Origin: Candidatus Sysuimicrobiota bacterium
GTDB taxonomy: Bacteria > Sysuimicrobiota > Sysuimicrobiia > Sysuimicrobiales > Sysuimicrobiaceae
Reading direction: 5' to 3'
Length of the DNA stretch: 23,815 bases
NCBI GenBank assembly: GCA_040289515.1
Contig: PSLI01000033.1
Location: forward strand, 1-23,815
Position 1 is the first letter of the stretch. The number at the start of each line of letters is the position of its first letter. Positions 1 through 7,336 of the stretch are shown here, piece after piece. The notes under the pieces were generated by a model. That model saw nothing but the letters and a program-made list of their open reading frames with translations, was not told the origin of the DNA and did not search any database. The position numbers and the translations under genes were made by a program.

Positions 1-83
1 GCCGGTGGCCCCCTTTTGTCAAGGCGTGCTAGCCCTGGGCCCTAGGGCCCACGGGAATTTACACCACCACCCGGGGCTCTAAC
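1..83 (-). mobile_element. Probable left end of an IS256-family insertion sequence; transposase would start just outside the window
   Basis: The minus strand from 83 reads GTTAGAGCCCCGGGTGGTGGTGTAAATT, resembling IS256-type termini (…GTGGTGTAAA). Near the window edge is an SD-like AAAAGGGGG followed by CCACCGGC. The ndk-like fragment stops exactly at 84. No transposase or second end is visible. Confidence 0.4.
36..51. repeat. Perfect 16-bp palindrome TGGGCCCTAGGGCCCA
   Basis: Self-complementary, read directly from the sequence; lies within the putative IS end region. Confidence 0.85.
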
Positions 84-170
84 CTCGGCAAGCTCTTTGG
101 TGATCTCTGTCGAGCGGATACTCACGATTTTTAGCTGCTTGCGCTCTATACGGGAGACGATCTCTCCAAT
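84..170 (-). pseudogene. ndk: Internal fragment of a nucleoside diphosphate kinase-like gene
   Basis: 170->84 translates IGEIVSRIERKQLKIVSIRSTEITKELAE, matching the NDK N-terminal pattern (LIGEIISRFERKGLKIV…KELAE). About 51% GC by hand count. No start, no KPD motif and no C-terminal part. Confidence 0.6.
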
Positions 171-442
171 ACCACCCCAAGGTCGTGGAGGAGGATCTAC
201 CGCCGATCGCTCTCAATGTCCAGCGCCGAATCGCCCGCGCGCTTGAAGCCCGCCTCAGCACGACCCCCGAGCAGCATGGGGAGCCCTTGAAGGGGACCTT
301 GAAGGGATACTGGAAGCTTGGTGTCGGGGATTACCGCGTGGTGTACAAGATCGTGCGGGCCGAGGTTCGGATTTTTGGGATCCTCCACCGCAAACAGATT
401 TACGAAGACGTCCGCCTACAGACCATCTGGCGTCCCCGTTAG
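170..442 (+). pseudogene. RelE/ParE-family type II toxin, N-terminally clipped and orphan
   Basis: YHPKVVEEDLP…RRIARALEARL…GEPLKGTLKGYWKLGVGDYRVVY…ILHRKQIY is typical of RelE/StbE. Homology extends upstream of the GTG at 185 to YHP at 170 with no start codon or SD. No antitoxin lies upstream. LRVGDYR appears as LGVGDYR. Confidence 0.7.
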
Positions 443-477
443 CCCGGACCCAGGCCTTGGTGCTGGCTCTCTGAAGG

Positions 478-1392
478 CTATCGCGCGCCAGGGTGCCGCT
501 CCAGCAGGGCCACAGCGTCTTCGCGGCGCGGCAGCGACGGCTGCGCTCCGGGTCGGGTGACCGCCAGGGCCCCGCAGGCGTTGGCGAACCGAACGGCCCG
601 CGGCAGGGGCCAGCCCTCGGCCAGTGCCACCGCCAGGCCGCCCACGAAGGCGTCGCCCGCGGCAGTGGCGTCCACCACGGGCACAGAGAACGCGGGCTCG
701 TGCCCCTCGCCCGCAGCGCCGGCCCACACGGCTCCCTGGGCGCCCAAGGTGACCACCGCCAGCTGGACGCGGCGGGCCAGGGCGCGGGCTACGTCCAGGG
801 CTTCCGGAGGGCCTGCGGGCGGATCGCGTTGGGTGAGGGTGGCGGCTTCCGGTTCGTTCACCACCAATACGTCCGCCAGCCTCCACGCCTCCTCCGGAAG
901 GAGCCGGGCGGGAGCCGCGTTCAGAAGCACGCGTGCGCCGCGCGCTCGGGCCCGGGCCATGGCCCGGGCCACGGTGGGCCACGGGATTTCCAGCTGCACC
1001 ACCAGCAGCTGGACCGTCTCAAAGTCCTTCTCAGCCAGGTCTTCGGGACCGAACCGCGCGTTGGCTCCGGGTGCCACGGCGATGGCGTTTTGGCCCTTCG
1101 CGTCCACCAGGATAAATGCCACCCCCGTGGGGCCGGGGACGGCAGCTACGCCCTCTACGTCCACACCCTCCGCAGCGAGGCTTGCCAAAAGCGTGCGGCC
1201 GAAGCTGTCCTGCCCTATCCGGCCCACCATGCGAACCCTGGCCCCGAGACGGGCAGCGGCCACCGCCTGGTTGGCTCCCTTGCCCCCGGGATACGTCTGG
1301 TAGTCCTCGCCCAGCACCGTCTCACCGGGCAGGGGGAGGCGCTCCACCCGGACCACCAGGTCCATGTTCAGGCTGCCCACCACCACCATCAC
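478..1392 (-). CDS. rbsK: Ribokinase (PfkB family)
   Basis: VVVGSLNMDLV, PGGKGANQAVAAARLG, QLEIP, VNEPEA and DATAAGDAFVG motifs; GGGAGG SD upstream. Confidence 0.93.
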   Translation of the reverse strand: MMVVVGSLNMDLVVRVERLPLPGETVLGEDYQTYPGGKGANQAVAAARLGARVRMVGRIGQDSFGRTLLASLAAEGVDVEGVAAVPGPTGVAFILVDAKGQNAIAVAPGANARFGPEDLAEKDFETVQLLVVQLEIPWPTVARAMARARARGARVLLNAAPARLLPEEAWRLADVLVVNEPEAATLTQRDPPAGPPEALDVARALARRVQLAVVTLGAQGAVWAGAAGEGHEPAFSVPVVDATAAGDAFVGGLAVALAEGWPLPRAVRFANACGALAVTRPGAQPSLPRREDAVALLERHPGAR

Positions 1393-1426
1393 GGCGGCCT
1401 CCCGCCGGCCGTCCCGGCGGGCCGGC

Positions 1427-1594
1427 CTAGAACAGGTTCGTCAGGGGAATCCCCAGGAGGGTGTAGGCGGCGCCCAGGAAGGCGCCCGCCAGCAGGCGGT
1501 CCTCCTCTGGCACCTGCAGGAGGTGCAAAGACAGGTGGGTGAGGGAAGCGCTCCATGCTACCAGCAGCGCCGCCGCGTACACCAAGGGAGCCAT
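1427..1594 (-). CDS. Small 55-aa membrane protein with two hydrophobic helices, unknown function
   Basis: MAPLVYAAALLVAWSASLTHLSLHLLQVPEEDRLLAGAFLGAAYTLLGIPLTNLF*. Strong SD GGGAGGT 6 nt before the ATG, GC-rich third positions, and an extended -10-like TGCTACCAT at 1628-1636. Below the 60-aa ORF track cutoff. Confidence 0.7.
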   Translation of the reverse strand: MAPLVYAAALLVAWSASLTHLSLHLLQVPEEDRLLAGAFLGAAYTLLGIPLTNLF

Positions 1595-1649
1595 GCACCG
1601 ACCTCCCGTCCTGGTCTATGGCACTGGATGGTAGCATAATGCGTGCCAC

Positions 1650-1682
1650 AAAAAAGCCGCCTGGGCCTCCGACCCAGGCGGC
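1650..1682 (-). terminator. Intrinsic terminator after the SPW-repeat gene
   Basis: 10-bp stem GCCGCCTGGG/CCCAGGCGGC (1656-1665 / 1673-1682) with a 7-nt loop, followed by T6 on the minus strand. Confidence 0.88.
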
Positions 1683-1695
1683 AGCCGTACGGCGC

Positions 1696-2046
1696 TCACT
1701 TGGTGGCCGCTTCCTTGGGCAGCACGCCGAAGGCCAGCCACGCGGCCAGCACCACCGCGATGGCGCCCCCGATGACGGACGTCCACAGGGCCGCGCGATC
1801 CTGCGTGAACGCCAGGACCCAGGGGCTGATGACGAACCAGATGCCCACCAGGCCGTTCACGTACTGGATCCAGACCTTGCGGCGTGCCTCCTCGTTGCTG
1901 GCCGCCCACGCGCCGAGGATGAGAAGAATCAGACCGCCCACGATGCTGGTGCCCGTCCGCCCCGCGTCCGCGGAGTAGGCGAGCACGAAGGGCGACAGCA
2001 CGAACCACACGCCCACCAGGGCGTTGACCCAGTTCGCCCACACCAT
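1696..2046 (-). CDS. SPW-repeat membrane protein
   Basis: Two repeats WVNALVGVWFVLSPFVLAY and YVNGLVGIWFVISPWVLAF; four TM-like segments; SD AAGGAGGTGA. Confidence 0.85.
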   Translation of the reverse strand: MVWANWVNALVGVWFVLSPFVLAYSADAGRTGTSIVGGLILLILGAWAASNEEARRKVWIQYVNGLVGIWFVISPWVLAFTQDRAALWTSVIGGAIAVVLAAWLAFGVLPKEAATK

Positions 2047-2102
2047 CTGCCTTCACCTCCTTTCCGGGCCGGGTTCGGGAGGCAACCGCCTCCCACCTCC
2101 AC

Positions 2103-2130
2103 GGAATAGCACGCGGGACGAGATTGTCAA
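2103..2130 (-). promoter_or_regulatory. Putative sigma70 promoter for the SPW gene
   Basis: TTGACA (overlapping the ispG stop), 16 nt, then TATTCC preceded by TG. A 7-bp hairpin follows at 2077-2094. Confidence 0.45.
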
Positions 2131-3398
2131 GGGAATCGGTTTGACGAGACTTCCTTCGATCCGGGGGCGAAGCGGGTGGCCACGTAGGACTCCAGGATGG
2201 CGCAGAACTCCTGCACCAGGCCGTCTCCCCGCAGGGTGGTGAGGAGCCGGCCGTCCACGTACACGGGGGCCCGCGGCTCCTCGAAGGCGCCGGGCAGGCT
2301 GATGCCCACGTGGGCATGCCGGCTCTCCCCCGGCCCATTCACCACGCACCCCATCACCGCCACCCGCAGATCCTCCACCCCCGGATAGCGCTGCTTCCAC
2401 TCGGGCATGCGCGACCGGATGTACGCCTGCACCTGTTCGGCCATCTCCTGGAAGAAGGTGCCGTGGGTGCGTCCGCAGCCCGGGCACGCACTCACCTGGG
2501 GGAAAAAGCTGCGGATCTCCAGGCTCTGTAGGATCTGCTGCGCCACCCGGACCTCCTCGGTGCGGTCGCCTGCGGGCGGGGGCGTCAAGGACACCCGGAG
2601 GGTGTCGCCGATGCCCTCGTGCAGCAGCACCGCCAGGGCCGCGGTGGAGGCCACCACGCCCTGGGTTCCCATGCCGGCTTCCGTGAGGCCCAGGTGCAGG
2701 GGGTAGTCGCAGCGCGCCGCGAGGGCGCGGTACACCTCGATGAGGTCCACGGGCTGGCTGGTCTTGGCGCTCAGCACGATGCGGTCGTGGGGCAGGCCGA
2801 AGGACTCCGCGAGGCGCGCGGAGCGCAGGGCGCTTTCCACCATGGCCAGCCGGGTAACCTCCCGGGCGCTGAGGGGCTGGCTTCTGCGGGCGTTTTGCTC
2901 CATCAGCTCTGTGAGCAGGGCGCCATCGAGGGAGCCCCAGTTGACCCCGATGCGCACGGGCTTGTCGTAGCGCAGGGCCACCTCCACGATGGCCCGGACG
3001 TTCTCGTCGTGTCCCCGGGGCCCCACGTTGCCGGGGTTAATGCGGTACTTGTCCAGGGCCCGGGCGCAGGCGGAGTACCGCGTGAGCAGGAGGTGGCCGT
3101 TGTAGTGGAAGTCGCCCACCACCGGTACGTCCACCCCCGCGGCCCGGAGCCGGTCCACGATATGTGGGACCGCCCTCGCTGCCTCCTCGGTGTTCACCGT
3201 GATGCGCACCAGCTCGCTTCCCGCCTCCGCCAGCTGGCGTGCTTGCTGCACCGTGGCTTCTACGTCCGCGGTGTCGGTGCTGGTCATGGACTGCACGGCC
3301 ACCGGGGCTCCCCCGCCCACGGTGATCCGGCCGATGCGCACGGGTACGGACGGCCTGCGTCGGGAGGTCTGCAGCTGTGTGGACACGCTCGCGCTCAC
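2127..3398 (-). CDS. ispG: (E)-4-hydroxy-3-methylbut-2-enyl-diphosphate synthase
   Basis: [44 protein letters not shown] and [10 protein letters not shown] (4Fe-4S ligands). Start uncertain (GTG 3398 or 3386); an extended -10 TGGTATCCT at 3406-3414 favours a leaderless GTG at 3398. Confidence 0.95.
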   Translation of the reverse strand: MSASVSTQLQTSRRRPSVPVRIGRITVGGGAPVAVQSMTSTDTADVEATVQQARQLAEAGSELVRITVNTEEAARAVPHIVDRLRAAGVDVPVVGDFHYNGHLLLTRYSACARALDKYRINPGNVGPRGHDENVRAIVEVALRYDKPVRIGVNWGSLDGALLTELMEQNARRSQPLSAREVTRLAMVESALRSARLAESFGLPHDRIVLSAKTSQPVDLIEVYRALAARCDYPLHLGLTEAGMGTQGVVASTAALAVLLHEGIGDTLRVSLTPPPAGDRTEEVRVAQQILQSLEIRSFFPQVSACPGCGRTHGTFFQEMAEQVQAYIRSRMPEWKQRYPGVEDLRVAVMGCVVNGPGESRHAHVGISLPGAFEEPRAPVYVDGRLLTTLRGDGLVQEFCAILESYVATRFAPGSKEVSSNRFP

Positions 3399-3430
3399 CG
3401 CCTCGAGGATACCACCGGACGGAGGGCCGC

Positions 3431-3526
3431 AAAACAAATTGCCAGCGGACCGCTTGCCCCGAGTTAGGCCGGGTTACTCCTTCCGGAGCACCTCCTCCCA
3501 TCTCGGTGCCGCGCTTCCGCTGGCAC
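3431..3526 (-). ncRNA. Candidate small non-coding RNA: long hairpin capped by GGAA, SRP-4.5S-like shape but non-canonical
   Basis: Ends pair over 10 bp (UGCCAGCGGA/UCCGCUGGCA). Nested helices are CGC/GCG, GC-A-CCGAG/CUCGG-G-GC, UGGG/CCUA, GGU/ACC and GCUCC-GGAA-GGAGU. G-U pairs form only on the minus strand. Own promoter upstream and a UUUGUUUU tail. Confidence 0.6.
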
Positions 3527-3531
3527 ACCGT

Positions 3532-3560
3532 ACGATAGCACGCGCGGACGGTTTTGGCAA
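3532..3560 (-). promoter_or_regulatory. Sigma70-type promoter driving the hairpin RNA
   Basis: TTGCCA (3560-3555), 17 nt, then TATCGT (3537-3532) with an extended TG. The predicted start (~3526) coincides with the first paired base. Confidence 0.7.
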
Positions 3561-3594
3561 TCGGGAAAGTGCGTACGGTACCCATCCGCCGTCC

Positions 3595-3615
3595 GTACCA
3601 GTCTTCTGGTACAGT
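3595..3615 (+). promoter_or_regulatory. Inverted repeat overlapping the extended -10 of the sqr-like operon
   Basis: GTACCAG-TCTT-CTGGTAC (3595-3612) overlaps TGG-TACAGT (3607-3615). Confidence 0.45.
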
Positions 3616-3648
3616 TGCACCGGGACCCCGAATCGGAGGGAGGTGACC

Positions 3649-4779
3649 ATGGCACGGGTGGTAATCCTGGGAGGAGGGGTCGGGGGCCTTGCGGCCGCAC
3701 AGGCGCTGGCACCTGCGGCCCAAGCGGGGCACGAGGTGTGGGTAGTGGATCGGCGGGAGAGCTTCTTTTTGGGGCTGCGCAAGCTGTGGGTCCTGGCCGG
3801 TACCTCGGACCTAGCCTCCGGAAGCAGGCCTCTAGAGGGGCTGCGCCGCCACGGGGCGCGCTGGCTGCACGACGAGTTGGTCGCCGTGGAGCCGGACAGG
3901 CACCGCGTGCGCACAGCCGGCGCAGGGCTGCACTACGACTACCTTATTGTAGCGCTGGGAGCGCAGCCGCGGCCGGACATGGTTCCGGGCGCAGAGCACG
4001 CCCTGAACCTGTACGACGCGCACGAGGTGGAGCGCCGCGCGCCGGAGGTGCGACAGCTGCAGGCAGGCCGGGTGGCGGTGGGGATCCTGGGCCTGCCGTA
4101 CAAGTGCCCGCCGGCACCGTACGAGGGGGCCATGCTGCTGGACGACTTTTTCCGGCGGCAAGGCGTGCGGGATCGGGTGGAGTTGGTGGCCTTCACCCCC
4201 CAGCCCAGCTCCCTGCCCGCGGCTGGCCCCGCGGCGTGCGCCGCGGTGGAAGGCCAGCTGGCGGAAAAGGGGATCCGGTTCCAGCCGAACCGGAAGACGG
4301 TGCGGGTGGAGCCGGGCCGGGTGGTGTTCGAGTCCGGCGAGCTGACCTACGACGTGCTGGTGGCCGTCCCTCCCCACCGTCCTCCGCAGGTGGTGCTGGA
4401 AAGCGGCTTGGCGCAGGACGGGTGGATCCGGCCCGACCCACGGACCCTGCGCACCGCTTACGAGCGGGTGTTCGCAGCGGGCGATGTAGTGGAGATCCCG
4501 ATGGCTAACGGGATGCCCCTGCCCAAGGCGGGGGTGTTTGCCGAGTCGCAGGCCCGCGTAGCCGCCTCGTGGATTTTGCACGAGCTAGGGCTGGGGCAGC
4601 CTTTGGAGTTTGACGGGTACGGGTACTGCTTCGTGGAGGTGGGCGGGCAGAAGGCCGCGAAGGTCACGGGCCACTTCCTCACGCACCCGGCCCCGCAGGT
4701 GCACATGTCGGAGCCCACCCGGCAGGCGTGGGAGGAAAAGCGGGCCTTCGAACGGGAACGGCTGGAAGCGTGGCTGTAA
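3649..4779 (+). CDS. FAD-dependent oxidoreductase of the sulfide:quinone oxidoreductase / FCSD family
   Basis: N-terminal GGGVGG Rossmann motif, YDYLIVALG, YKCPPAPYE, VFAAGD, PKAGVFA and GYCF (two redox Cys). SD GGAGGTGA before ATG 3649. Confidence 0.85.
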   Translation: MARVVILGGGVGGLAAAQALAPAAQAGHEVWVVDRRESFFLGLRKLWVLAGTSDLASGSRPLEGLRRHGARWLHDELVAVEPDRHRVRTAGAGLHYDYLIVALGAQPRPDMVPGAEHALNLYDAHEVERRAPEVRQLQAGRVAVGILGLPYKCPPAPYEGAMLLDDFFRRQGVRDRVELVAFTPQPSSLPAAGPAACAAVEGQLAEKGIRFQPNRKTVRVEPGRVVFESGELTYDVLVAVPPHRPPQVVLESGLAQDGWIRPDPRTLRTAYERVFAAGDVVEIPMANGMPLPKAGVFAESQARVAASWILHELGLGQPLEFDGYGYCFVEVGGQKAAKVTGHFLTHPAPQVHMSEPTRQAWEEKRAFERERLEAWL

Positions 4780-5447
4780 CCCGGCAGTTTCCCTGTGCGG
4801 TGTGCTGGTCCGGGGGCAAGGACGCAGCTCTGAGCCTGCACCACCTGATCCGCCAGGGTGTACAGGTCCGGTGGCTCGTGAACCTGTTCGAGGGTTCCTC
4901 CGGCCGCGTGCGGTTCCACGGGGTGCGGGCGGAGCTTGTTCGCGAGCAGGCACGCAGCCTGGGGCTGGAACTGGTTCAGCGGCCGGTGCAGGCGGACGGG
5001 TTCGAGGCCGCCTTCTGCAGGGTGCTGGAGGAGCTGCGGGCAGCCGGCTGCGCCGCGGTGGCCTTCGGCAACGTCCACCTTCAGGACGTGCAGAGCTGGT
5101 ACGAGTCGCGGGTTCGGAAGGCGGGCCTGGAGCACGTGGATCCCCTGTGGGGGCGTCCGCCCGCGGAGCTGGTGGCGGAGTTCGTAAAGCTGGGCTACCG
5201 CGCGGTGGTGACCGCGGTGCGGCTGGGAGCCGGCAGGGTGGAGTGGCTGGGCGGGTCCGTGGACGGTGCGTTCCTGCAGGCTGCCTGCCAGGCCGGAGTG
5301 GATCCCTGCGGCGAGTTGGGGGAGTACCACACCTTCGTGTACGACGGGCCGGGCTTCGCGCACCCCGTCCGGTTTCGCTTGGGTGACCAGCGGGAGCGGG
5401 AAGGACACCGGTTCGTGGATCTGATCCCGGAAGGGGAAGACGGATGA
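4770..5447 (+). CDS. Diphthine-ammonia ligase-like PP-loop ATPase (DUF71/MJ0570 family)
   Basis: WSGGKD PP-loop, RFHGV, PLWG and DPCGELGEYHTFVYDGP. GTG start overlaps the end of the upstream gene. Confidence 0.87.
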   Translation: MAVTRQFPCAVCWSGGKDAALSLHHLIRQGVQVRWLVNLFEGSSGRVRFHGVRAELVREQARSLGLELVQRPVQADGFEAAFCRVLEELRAAGCAAVAFGNVHLQDVQSWYESRVRKAGLEHVDPLWGRPPAELVAEFVKLGYRAVVTAVRLGAGRVEWLGGSVDGAFLQAACQAGVDPCGELGEYHTFVYDGPGFAHPVRFRLGDQREREGHRFVDLIPEGEDG

Positions 5448-5854
5448 AGCCGGGGCTGCAGGCCGGGCTCAGCGCGCAGCTGGAGGTGGTGGTGGACGAG
5501 TCCATGGTGGCCCGGTTCGACACCCTGGGTTTGGTGCACCCCGTGTACGCCACGTGGGCGGTGGTCAAGCACATGGAGGAAGCCAGCCGCCGGCTGATCC
5601 TTCCGTACCTGGAGCCCCACGAGGACGCGGTGGGCCACGCAATACAGGTGGTTCACCTAGCCCCCACGCCCGTGGGCGAGCGGGTGGTGGTACGGGCCAT
5701 TTTGGATCGCGTGGAGGGCCGCCGGATCCACTGCAGGGTGGAGGCCTTCAACGCGAGGGAGCAGGTAGCGGAAGGCGTGCACGTGCAGGTCCTGGTGCCG
5801 CGGGGTTGGCTCAAGCTGCGCCTGAGTTCCCAGGCCCGCCAGCAGGCTCCCTAG
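5444..5854 (+). CDS. FlK-like hot-dog-fold thioesterase
   Basis: HPVYATWAVVKHMEEAS and VGHAIQVVHLAPTPVG (Thr/Glu/His triad pattern of the fluoroacetyl-CoA thioesterase family); ATGA overlap. Confidence 0.82.
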   Translation: MKPGLQAGLSAQLEVVVDESMVARFDTLGLVHPVYATWAVVKHMEEASRRLILPYLEPHEDAVGHAIQVVHLAPTPVGERVVVRAILDRVEGRRIHCRVEAFNAREQVAEGVHVQVLVPRGWLKLRLSSQARQQAP

Positions 5855-6567
5855 ACAGCTCCCAAGTACGCAGCCTGCACTTCGGGCCTCCGGAGGAGCT
5901 CGGCCCCCGCGCCCCGCAGGGTAATGGTACCCGTCTCCATCACGTACGCCACGTCCGCCACCCGGAGGGCCTGGTGCGCGTTCTGCTCCACCAGCAGGAC
6001 CGTGTAGCCCTGCTCTCGCAAATGCCCGATCACTCGGTACAGCTCCCGCACCAGCAGCGGCGCAAGGCCCAGGGACGGCTCGTCCAGGAGGAGCACCCGG
6101 GGGCGGGCCAGGAGGGCGCGGCCGATGGCCAGCATCTGCTGCTCCCCACCCGACAGGGTGGCGGCCACCTGCCGGTGGCGCTCCCGCAGCCGAGGGAACA
6201 GGTCGTACACCCGCTCCAGGTCCTGCTGGACCGCACGCCAGCCCTCCCCGCGCAGCCGCAGGTACGCGCCCAGCAGCAGGTTATCCTCCACCCGCATGGA
6301 CCCGAACAGCTGGCGCCGTTCCGGTACGTGCACCACGCCTGCAGCCACCACCTGCTCCGCGGGCCAGCCCGTGATGTCCTGCCCGGCCAGCCGTACACAT
6401 CCTGCTTGGGGTACCACTAGCCCCGAGATCACCCGCAGCAGGGTGGTCTTGCCCGCGCCGTTGGCCCCGATGACGGCGGCCACCTGCCCCGCGGGCACCT
6501 CCAGGGAGACCTCCCGCAGCACCACCAGCCGGCCGTAGCCGGCCACGATCCCCGCCAGCTCAAGCAT
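5851..6567 (-). CDS. livF: Branched-chain amino acid-type ABC transporter ATPase
   Basis: GANGAGKTT, LSGGEQQMLAIGRAL, LLLDEPSLGLAP, LLVEQNA. Confidence 0.92.
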   Translation of the reverse strand: MLELAGIVAGYGRLVVLREVSLEVPAGQVAAVIGANGAGKTTLLRVISGLVVPQAGCVRLAGQDITGWPAEQVVAAGVVHVPERRQLFGSMRVEDNLLLGAYLRLRGEGWRAVQQDLERVYDLFPRLRERHRQVAATLSGGEQQMLAIGRALLARPRVLLLDEPSLGLAPLLVRELYRVIGHLREQGYTVLLVEQNAHQALRVADVAYVMETGTITLRGAGAELLRRPEVQAAYLGAV

Positions 6568-7336
6568 CCTCGGGCTCCCCCAGGTACGCGGCCACTACCC
6601 GCGGGTCCTGTTGCACCTGTTGCGGCGGTCCCTCGCACAATAGCGCCCCGTGGTCCAGCACCGCCACCTCATCCGCCAGGCCCATCACCATGGGCATGTC
6701 GTGCTCCACGAGGAACACGGTAACGCCCTCCTCCCGCAGGCTGCGCACCAGGCGCGCCATGGCCTGCTTCTCGGTGGGGTTCAGCCCCGAGCTCGGCTCG
6801 TCCAACAGCAGCAGCTTGGGGCGGACTGCCAGGGCACGGGCCAGCTCTACCCGGCGCAGCAGGCCAAAGGGCAAAGTCTCCACGGGCACGTTCGCCCACG
6901 GGGCCAGCTCCAGGCGGTCCAGCAGCGCCTCTGCCTGCTCCCGGAGCCGGTGCTCGGTACGCCGCAGGCCCCCGGTCGGCAGCAGGTTCGCCAGCAGACC
7001 CGCCGGTGCCAGCCGGTGCAGCCCCACCAGGACGTGCTCCAGCACCGTCATCCCGGGGAACACCTGCACGTTCTGGAAGGTGCGCGCGATGCCCAGCTCT
7101 GCGGCCCGATGCGGGGGCAGCCCCACCAGGGACCGGCCGCAGAAGCGGATGTCGCCCGCGGTGGGTACAAGACAGCAGGCAATGAGATTGAACAGGGTGG
7201 TCTTGCCTGCCCCGTTGGGCCCGATAAGCCCCTTAATCTGGCCAGCCCGCACCTCCAGGGAGACGTCCGAGAGGGCCACCAGGCCGTCGAAGGCCTTGGT
7301 CACGTGTTCCACCTGAAGGAGGCTGTCCCGGTTCAC
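6560..7336 (-). CDS. livG: Branched-chain amino acid-type ABC transporter ATPase
   Basis: GPNGAGKTT, GIARTFQN, LLLDEP, VEHDM, VVAAYLG. True start is GTG 7336, overlapping the livM stop. Confidence 0.92.
   Translation of the reverse strand: MNRDSLLQVEHVTKAFDGLVALSDVSLEVRAGQIKGLIGPNGAGKTTLFNLIACCLVPTAGDIRFCGRSLVGLPPHRAAELGIARTFQNVQVFPGMTVLEHVLVGLHRLAPAGLLANLLPTGGLRRTEHRLREQAEALLDRLELAPWANVPVETLPFGLLRRVELARALAVRPKLLLLDEPSSGLNPTEKQAMARLVRSLREEGVTVFLVEHDMPMVMGLADEVAVLDHGALLCEGPPQQVQQDPRVVAAYLGEPEDA

Noticed and set aside
1389..1649. 86-aa minus-strand ORF from the track (or an rbsD)
   Set aside because: Pro/Gly-rich shadow frame with no RbsD motif; the overlapping 55-aa frame has the SD and a better codon pattern.
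3431..3526. Calling the hairpin canonical SRP RNA (ffs)
   Set aside because: The near-universal CAGG/AGCA symmetric loop is absent, so it is kept only as an SRP-like candidate.
3190..3648. N-terminal extension of the 529-aa ORF
   Set aside because: Overlaps ispG antisense and the intergenic RNA; the Rossmann motif and SD place the start at 3649.
4770..5447. Evidence for diphthamide synthesis or an archaeal origin
   Set aside because: DUF71 homologs are widespread in bacteria, and ispG and sigma70 promoters indicate a bacterium.
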